From a bacterium (lineage in GTDB: Bacteria; SM23-31; JAUVVT01): DNA of 53,322 nt. The stretch lies in the NCBI GenBank assembly GCA_030616165.1, contig JAUWXV010000002.1, positions 1 to 53,322 on the forward strand, given 5' to 3'. Under the pieces are notes generated by a model that was not told the origin of the DNA, made no database searches, and saw only the letters and a list, made by a program, of their open reading frames with translations. The translations under genes were made by a program, and so were the position numbers. Positions 47,595-53,322 of this stretch are shown piece after piece (position 1 is the stretch's first letter; the number at the start of each line of letters is the position of its first letter).

Positions 47595-48174
47595 AAGAAA
47601 TATATTAAAGTTGCTCAGTATGTGTAAATTTTCTATTGATATACGCACACATTCGCAGTTTACAACCTGATGTAAATATGATTGAACTTTGAAAATCTTT
47701 TATAAATTTAATATTTTAATGCTTTATTGTCAACAGGTATAATCTTTGAGTAAATGAAAAATGCTTTTTGATAGGTGCAAGTATTCTAAATATATTAATG
47801 CAAAAATATCAGAAATTTGACTTCGTCAAAAATCTAACATACTATTATATATTTTTATATCGTAGGGATAAAACACTATTCTGTCCTTACATTAAATACA
47901 TTTTTACAAATAATTTAACAGATAATGATTAATAATAATTTTTATTTTTACAATTATAAATAATAGCGATAGAATTCTTTTATTATCAAAAATTTACAAT
48001 TTTGTTTGTTGTTCCTGAATGACTTAAACTTCGGTCAATTATTATGAATAAAAGAAAAATAAAAATTAATCCCCTTTTTGTATTCCATAATTTGTCTCAC
48101 TATGGAAAATATTAACAAAAAAAATAGTCAAATTTGAAACATCAAGTTAGATTTTTTAATATCATAATCAACTT

Positions 48175-48247
48175 GTAGGCAATACTGGACTTGTCCCGCA
48201 CAGCGGGATCCGCCTCTGGAGGAAACCCATGACCTTCTGCTTGTAAG
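48175..48247. repeat. GC-rich structured element related to family D
   Basis: GTAGGCAATACTGGACTTGTCCCGCACAGCGGGATCCGCCTCTGGAGG... shares the GTAGG head and the CTTGTCC and CCGCCTCTGG blocks with 9527-9552. An inner hairpin is CCCGC-ACAG-CGGG. It lies just downstream of the GH116 stop. Confidence 0.55.
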
Positions 48248-48265
48248 AAACATTTAAACTATATT

Positions 48266-50821
48266 TTAAAGCGGCATTTCCCTTCCAGAAACATAAACAT
48301 GTTTAATATCGAGATTACCCATTTTCATTTCGACAAAGTATTTGCCGTTTTTAAGTCCGACCGTACCGAATCCGGTTTCTGTGGAAAGGAATGACCTGAA
48401 GTTATCGCCGACCTTAGAGTCAATGTAGAGCGCCTTTCCCACAGCATCGTATCGGACACCGGTTAGTCCCTGAATTAGGCCGTAGCTTGACAATGCACGT
48501 GCATACCAGTGACCGCATTCGTATTCGTTGAACGGGTTGCGTACGGTACCATCATAGCGGTCACGGCAGGTGCGCACGATATCGAGCCCTTCCTCCGCCA
48601 TTCCCTCAAGCATGAGATGTGAGGCGACCTGGTATTCGATACCTGTCCATGCTTCGTCGCTGTAAACAAAGGGAAGTGTGGGCTTGCCGCCCCTCGGCCA
48701 TGTGCAGAGTAGAAGTCCGCCTTCGTTCCCGAGGGCGTATGAGGGACGCTGGGGATTGGCGTGCTCGGAGAGGTCATGCTTGAGATTGTACTTGTATATC
48801 GCTTTCAGGTTACTCCTGACTTTTTCCTTGTCAACTATATCGCCCAGACCACACATTCGGGCTATCCAGAAGCCCAGAACCCCATCGGAAAGACACCCTG
48901 TTCCATACTGATACTTGGGACCTTCCTTGTTGAGGAGAGCAATGGCTTCTTTGTAGCCTGCTCCGTTTAAAGAAAAATCGAGCGGTTTAAACGTAGCTTC
49001 CAATCCTTGCGTCTGGATCTTCTGGTAAAAATATTCACCATTATAGAGTTCTGTTTCGAGATACTTTTTTCCTTTTTCGAGGAGACGACGGTATTGTGAA
49101 ACATCCTCATCCAGTTCCTTACCCATCTCTATAGCGGCGGTCAAAGCACCCAGATAAAAACTGCTGCAGTGACCGTCAGGTCCCCAGTACTCGATGTCAT
49201 AGGTGTTGTGGTGAGGTTCCACAAGAACACCATTTCCTTTGGGGTCCCAGGTCTTGATACAGTAATCCAGGCTCTGCTTTACCTTAGGCAAGAGGGCTTT
49301 AAGCCAGGCAGTGTCCCCTGAAATACGCCACTCCCGGTACATTTTCATGATGCCCCCAAGTTGTCCATCCGAAGCGGCATATCCCACATGGGTAATTGGG
49401 CGAATAGGAAGGCCAGAACGGAAAACCTGGTGTCCGCGCTCATCCTGGCTTTCGTTGAATTCGGTCTTACGGAGACTCCGCTCGAGTTCGGGGAACAGGT
49501 GTGGAATCGCCTGAGCGTAATTCCAGACGTGTGTGCATGATCCATAGCAGCAGCCACTGTTGTCAGAACATCCCTCGAAACACCAGAGACGCCCATCGGT
49601 CTGCCTGAGCACCGTTGGCGATTTGAGTATTGTCAGGTTTGCCGCGACTGCCTCAATAACCTCCTCGGGGAGGGTCGTGTCGTAAAAGGTATCCCTGAAC
49701 AGTGCGGTTTTTTCGCGCAGGTCATCATACTTGAATCGCCAGTAGTCCGCCACCTCATTGACATTCTTAAACCTGCCAGCATACCAGGGGATGTGTGTGT
49801 TAGGCAAGCCTTTAGACTCCGAGGCGCCCGTGGGGTCTCTGCCGTAGCGCAGGTCTGTATTCGGGACATACCACGAGAGCATGACACGGATGGTCTTTTC
49901 TTGACCGGGGTTTAATGTGAACGGCACGAAAAGTGATGCGCCCGGGCACGGTCCTTCTACCGGAGGATTGTCGAGTGGAGTGCCTTCCTCGATGTTCTTC
50001 CAGACCAGGGTGAGGGGGTCCCACCAACCGCCTTTGAACCAGCAGTGATCGACGACGGCATTGTCATCATTAACAAATACAGCAAAGGCACCCTCATCTG
50101 CAGGTCTTTTTTCTGTTGGTGCCTGCCAGAGCACAAAACCATTTTTAATCGGCAGTACCGTATTACTTTCCCTTTCTGACGCTGTAAAATGCCTCCTCTG
50201 ACCCGATGCTGCCATAAAATTCTTGGAGTTGAACGCAAAAACTGCATCGATGGATGAACTGGATGGATTTTTGAAATGATATTCAAGGGCGCCGACCGGA
50301 AGGCTCGAATCATCAGCATTACCCGGAATGAACGGACTCCAGCCCGTTAACTCAACATTTAAAGGAATATTTGGGTCGGTGAGTGTTACAGTGCCGAAGG
50401 GGAATCGGGCGAGAAACGATGCCTCCTTGAATCGCGGCAGTCCGAAACTGCTCCCGCCGGCTCCACTGCCGGTGCCAGCAGGACCGAAGATTTTCCAGTC
50501 GGGCACAGGACCTTCAAGGACTCTCGCCGCGTTTTCCTCCCCCTTGATACACAGCGTGGCAAACGTGCATGGTTCGTTGAAAAACTGCATTATGTTCCTG
50601 ACTGAAACGTGGGAGATGGCTCCAGTCCCCTCAAGGCAAATCATACCTGCTCCAATACCACCAATCGGGAATGCTACCCTGTTAAGGTAAGGACCGGTAT
50701 ATGGACTATTGTACGCTCTGTCGGGAACTTTAGTGCTTGTGTTTGTGCACTCGTTCAGCCCAAGAGAGAGAAGTATAAGCATAGTTATAAGAAACAATAT
50801 TTTAAAAAATCTCTTGTACAT
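48266..50821 (-). CDS. GH116-like (glucosylceramidase/beta-glucosidase family) glycoside hydrolase, secreted or lipoprotein
   Basis: VAFPIGGIGAGMICLEGTGAISHVSVRN resembles the GH116 N-terminal domain, and CFEGCSDNSGCCYGSCTHVWNYAQA resembles the catalytic (alpha/alpha)6 domain. AGGAGGT SD upstream. The signal peptide ends in LNEC. Confidence 0.7.
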   Translation of the reverse strand: MYKRFFKILFLITMLILLSLGLNECTNTSTKVPDRAYNSPYTGPYLNRVAFPIGGIGAGMICLEGTGAISHVSVRNIMQFFNEPCTFATLCIKGEENAARVLEGPVPDWKIFGPAGTGSGAGGSSFGLPRFKEASFLARFPFGTVTLTDPNIPLNVELTGWSPFIPGNADDSSLPVGALEYHFKNPSSSSIDAVFAFNSKNFMAASGQRRHFTASERESNTVLPIKNGFVLWQAPTEKRPADEGAFAVFVNDDNAVVDHCWFKGGWWDPLTLVWKNIEEGTPLDNPPVEGPCPGASLFVPFTLNPGQEKTIRVMLSWYVPNTDLRYGRDPTGASESKGLPNTHIPWYAGRFKNVNEVADYWRFKYDDLREKTALFRDTFYDTTLPEEVIEAVAANLTILKSPTVLRQTDGRLWCFEGCSDNSGCCYGSCTHVWNYAQAIPHLFPELERSLRKTEFNESQDERGHQVFRSGLPIRPITHVGYAASDGQLGGIMKMYREWRISGDTAWLKALLPKVKQSLDYCIKTWDPKGNGVLVEPHHNTYDIEYWGPDGHCSSFYLGALTAAIEMGKELDEDVSQYRRLLEKGKKYLETELYNGEYFYQKIQTQGLEATFKPLDFSLNGAGYKEAIALLNKEGPKYQYGTGCLSDGVLGFWIARMCGLGDIVDKEKVRSNLKAIYKYNLKHDLSEHANPQRPSYALGNEGGLLLCTWPRGGKPTLPFVYSDEAWTGIEYQVASHLMLEGMAEEGLDIVRTCRDRYDGTVRNPFNEYECGHWYARALSSYGLIQGLTGVRYDAVGKALYIDSKVGDNFRSFLSTETGFGTVGLKNGKYFVEMKMGNLDIKHVYVSGREMPL

Positions 50822-50868
50822 CTGTTACCTCCTGTTCTATTTTTATATTCAGAGACCGCTGAAAAAGT

Positions 50869-50951
50869 AGATTACCAAGTCGTTTCGCTCCTCGTAATGA
50901 CATGTATGATATTGTCATTGCGAGTCCCGAGTACTCGGGACGTGGCAATCT
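50869..50951. repeat. Inverted pair of GTCATTRCGAG...GGYAATCT elements; the second contains the family B core
   Basis: 50869-50901 reads GTCATTACGAGGAGCGAAACGACTTGGTAATCT on the minus strand. 50914-50951 reads GTCATTGCGAGTCCCGAGTACTCGGGACGTGGCAATCT on the plus strand. A 12-nt spacer separates them. Confidence 0.8.
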
Positions 50952-51298
50952 TGCCTCAAATTAATTATTTATTTGATTTTTTCAGAAGTCTAATTCATTA
51001 AAAGTTCTTTTTCATTATAAATTCCCCTTTTTAAAATATAACAAAAATTAATTATTTAAAAAGAGTTTTTTTGTTTTTTTGATTGATAAACATCAATTCT
51101 TATATTATCTTATAATTATGAAAAGTAGAAAATTTTCTTAAGCTGCAATTGTAGATATATCTTCAGTATTTTTAATTCAAAAAACTTCTATGCAATAATA
51201 ATAAAGAAATCTTAAAATTAAAGAGTAAATAAAATTAACTTTAAAACTTTATATAATTGACTAATAACTATAAATTTATTAAATAAGGAGTTCAAAAA

Positions 51299-52603
51299 AT
51301 GATACGTGAAAAGAAAGGTAAAATGACACGGCGTAAATTTGTCGTAGCAGGTGCGGCTGCTGCGACAACCGTAGTTTCAGGATTCCCATTTGTGCGTACT
51401 TCACGTGCACAAAATGTCGAACCAATTAAAGTCGGTTTGGTTGGCTGTGGTGGGAGAGGAACCGGAGCAGCGGATGAATGTCTCAATGCAGCTCCCAATA
51501 TGCACCTTGTTGCACTGGCTGACCTATTTCCAGACCGGATTGAAAGATGTAAAAATCTCTTAACCAATCCAAAACGCAGAGGAGGACCACTCCCCGGCTT
51601 CGAAGTGAAAAATGACCACTGCTTTTCCGGATTTAATGCTTTTGAAAGGCTTCTTGAGACGGATGTGGATTATGTGATTCTTGCAGAACCTCCTGGTTTT
51701 CGTCCAGACAATTTTACTGCCGCCGTCAATGCAGGGAAACACGTTTTTATGGAAAAACCGGTAGCGGTTGACCCTGTTGGAGTACGAAAGGTTATTGAAG
51801 CAGGCAGAAGAGCAAAACAAAAAGGACTGGGAGTTGTCGCAGGAACCCAGCGGCGGCATCAGAAGTCATACAGAGATACCATTAAGCGGATTCATGACGG
51901 TGCGATCGGAGAAATTCTCTCTGCTCAATGTTATTGGATTGGAGATACAGGTTATCACGAAAATACATTTCCTAACCGGAGAGATGCGGGATGGACAGAT
52001 ATGGAGTGGCAGATTCGCAACTGGTATTATTTCTGCTGGCTTTCGGGAGACCATATCGTTGAACAACATGTCCATAATATCGACGTTATAAATTGGGTTC
52101 TGGGAACCCATCCTGTCAAAGCGTTGGGAGTTGGCGGGCGTCAGGTTCGAACAGGCCCGCTGTTTGGAAGTATTTACGACCATTTCGCAGTTGACTTTGA
52201 ATATCCAGATGAAGTCCTCGTGATGAGCATGTGTCGACAGATGGCTAAATGTGATAACAGAGTTAGTGAATTTATTGTCGGAAACAGGGGAAAAAGTAAT
52301 CCGAATGGTGAAATTGCAGGAGCGAATGAATGGAAATTCAGAGGAAAATCACCGAATCCGTATGTTCAGGAACATGCTGACCTTATTGAAAGTATTAGAA
52401 ATGGCAATCCTTTAAATGAGGCGCAGAATGTGGCAGAGAGCGTGATGACAGCAATCATGGGAAGAGAATCTGCGTATACCGGAAAAGAAGTCACCTGGGA
52501 TGAAATGATGAACTCTGATCTTGACCTTTTCCCAAAGAAACTTGAATTTGGACCAATCTCTGTTCGGCCAGTGCCGATGCCCGGACAGCCCAGGCCTCGA
52601 TAA
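51299..52603 (+). CDS. Gfo/Idh/MocA-family oxidoreductase with a twin-arginine (Tat) signal
   Basis: MTRRKFVVAGAAAATTVVSGFPFVRTSRAQ is a Tat-type signal, and VGLVGCGGRGTGAA is the Rossmann motif, followed by EKPVA. AAGGAG lies 8 nt upstream of the ATG. Confidence 0.85.
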   Translation: MIREKKGKMTRRKFVVAGAAAATTVVSGFPFVRTSRAQNVEPIKVGLVGCGGRGTGAADECLNAAPNMHLVALADLFPDRIERCKNLLTNPKRRGGPLPGFEVKNDHCFSGFNAFERLLETDVDYVILAEPPGFRPDNFTAAVNAGKHVFMEKPVAVDPVGVRKVIEAGRRAKQKGLGVVAGTQRRHQKSYRDTIKRIHDGAIGEILSAQCYWIGDTGYHENTFPNRRDAGWTDMEWQIRNWYYFCWLSGDHIVEQHVHNIDVINWVLGTHPVKALGVGGRQVRTGPLFGSIYDHFAVDFEYPDEVLVMSMCRQMAKCDNRVSEFIVGNRGKSNPNGEIAGANEWKFRGKSPNPYVQEHADLIESIRNGNPLNEAQNVAESVMTAIMGRESAYTGKEVTWDEMMNSDLDLFPKKLEFGPISVRPVPMPGQPRPR

Positions 52604-52750
52604 TTGTACTGAATAAAAAAATGTACTCTTTAGGGATACGATATCCAGTTAGTAAAGATAAATGGGATAAGAGATGTAGATTAAATGGAACTTCTAAGAC
52701 CAAGTTCCGATACGCTGCATTATGCTTTTGAAGAACTTTTAATAAAAAAG

Positions 52751-52787
52751 GCTGACTCTGAATTTACAGAACCAGCACTCTTTTTTT
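52751..52787 (+). terminator. Imperfect hairpin plus T7 run downstream of the oxidoreductase
   Basis: GCTGACTCTG-AATTTA-CAGAACCAGC pairs at 8 of 10 positions and is followed by ACTCTTTTTTT. Confidence 0.45.
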
Positions 52788-52810
52788 AGTTTGGGTTTGT
52801 AACTTATTAT

Positions 52811-52870
52811 CTAAAAATAAAAAGAGACGCATTGTCCACAATGAACTATTTCATAGTAATGCGTCTCTAC
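52811..52870 (-). terminator. GTAG-headed hairpin (GTAGAGACGCATT...AATGCGTCTCT) plus T-run; likely terminator of the PorV-like gene
   Basis: The 11-bp arms lie at 52823-52833 and 52858-52868. On the minus strand they are followed by TTTTATTTTTAG. Confidence 0.5.
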
Positions 52871-52988
52871 ATTAACTATTCATCTGCGAATTACGCAAAT
52901 ATTAACATTTCGCGGTTTACATTTTCTCTAAGTACAATCAGGACTTTTTATACCTACATCCCTCACAGAAGGATATTAGTCGAATGAA

Positions 52989-53013
52989 GGCGACCCGCCC
53001 GTGTCGCTCCCAC
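52989..53013 (-). repeat. GC-rich REP-like element GTGGGAGCGACACGGGCGGGTCGCC
   Basis: Read on the minus strand. It has a GCGAC/GTCGC stem, is an isolated GC island in AT-rich spacer, and has the same style as family D. Confidence 0.5.
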
Positions 53014-53070
53014 AAATTCAAACGCTTTAAAATCAGCGGAAAAGCAAGAATTCCTATCTTTCTCCTTTCA

Positions 53071-53322
53071 CTAAAATGAAGCTCCAATAGAGATTCTGTT
53101 TACCGCATCAAAGACTCCCAAGTCACTATAGGAATAATCAATCTTTATGCCAAATCCTCCTTCAACGGCGTATTTAATACCAACTCCTGCAGATAGTCCC
53201 TCCTCATCGTAATTATATTTATAACCAGCACGAAGTGCTATCATATCCATATACCAGTATTCTCCTCCAATATGAATTCTCTCTGTGTAATCACGTGGAT
53301 GCACAGCATCAACTGCCAATAC
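53071..53322 (-). CDS. Outer-membrane beta-barrel protein, C-terminal fragment; PorV/PorQ-like
   Basis: The ORF is open to the window edge. The C-terminal strands are GGEYWYMDMIALRAGYKY...GFGIKIDYSYSDLGVFDAVNRISIGASF, ending in Phe as in OMPs. The family guess is from memory. Confidence 0.45.
   Translation of the reverse strand, partial: VLAVDAVHPRDYTERIHIGGEYWYMDMIALRAGYKYNYDEEGLSAGVGIKYAVEGGFGIKIDYSYSDLGVFDAVNRISIGASF

Noticed and set aside
48175-48265. A chimeric assembly join at the GC step near 48.2 kb.
   Set aside because: The spacers on both sides of the GC-rich genes are AT-rich and contain the same repeat families seen elsewhere in the window (family D-like at 48175, family B at 50925). 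This cannot be excluded without read data.
48475-50690. Ten additional ORFs of 67-120 aa on both strands inside the GH116 gene (e.g. 48475-48777, 49957-50319, 50328-50690).
   Set aside because: All overlap the 851-aa ORF, whose family motifs are clear. Their products are Arg/Pro/Ser-rich and low in complexity, as expected from out-of-frame reading of GC-rich DNA with few stop codons.
7688-50951. The possibility that the recurring palindromes form a CRISPR array.
   Set aside because: Copies are dispersed over tens of kb in separate intergenic regions, in both orientations, without regular spacing or unique spacers. No cas genes are present; the Cas4-like domains are fused to UvrD helicases.
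51292-52183. Minus-strand ORFs 51292-51567, 51560-51859 and 51866-52183, and plus-strand ORF 51768-52091, within the oxidoreductase gene.
   Set aside because: These are shadow ORFs of a gene with clear Tat-signal, Rossmann and EKP motifs, made possible by its higher GC content.

Overview
This is an AT-rich bacterial chromosomal window, roughly 30% GC by eye, using the standard code (TAA, TAG and TGA all end long ORFs). I call about 35 protein genes, and nearly all those between 9.8 and 50.8 kb are on the minus strand. I found no rRNA, tRNA, CRISPR array, integrase, transposase or phage gene. All family calls come from motifs read in the translations; no searches were run.

Lineage: a T9SS C-terminal sorting domain (44337-45422) and a PorV-like barrel fragment (53071-53322) suggest an FCB-superphylum organism. 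Frequent strong AGGAGG-type Shine-Dalgarno sites argue against Bacteroidota proper.

Gene content, left to right:
- Glucuronokinase-like GHMP kinase (partial) and a lipoprotein M1 metallopeptidase.
- A plus-strand efflux operon with two tandem HlyD-type adaptors, a MacB/FtsX-type permease and TolC, but no ATPase.
- An 1166-aa fusion of a polytopic membrane domain, a spermidine-synthase-like domain and TPR repeats.
- RidA, an APC permease, a bPH-domain membrane protein and an alpha-galactosidase-like lipoprotein.
- YjbQ, then a sugar-phosphate cluster: amidohydrolase, HAD-IA, PFK, AgaS-like SIS protein, an atypical HAD-IIB-like protein and an aldose epimerase.
- A five-gene DNA-end-processing module: YdjM-like hydrolase, two UvrD/RecB-type helicase-nucleases, an Mre11/SbcD-like phosphoesterase and a YhaN/SbcC-like ATPase with a membrane hairpin.
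- pgi, glgA, and a class-V aminotransferase with serA.
- An envelope thiol-redox cluster: TlpA-like protein, a large beta-barrel, an Omp28-like CxxC protein with a T9SS tail, and a small lipoprotein.
- A markedly GC-richer GH116-like glycosidase and a Tat-signal Gfo/Idh/MocA oxidoreductase.

Best candidates for something new:
1. The 25.9-37.1 kb module. Both helicase-nuclease subunits keep UvrD motifs plus a 4-Cys RecB/Cas4-type nuclease, and the SMC-like ATPase carries two transmembrane helices in its coiled coil.
2. Several families of GC-rich palindromic REP-like elements, many with GTAG-type heads, scattered through the AT-rich intergenic DNA. They distort some ORF calls and in one case supply a gene's last codons.
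3. The TlpA / barrel / Omp28-T9SS cluster.
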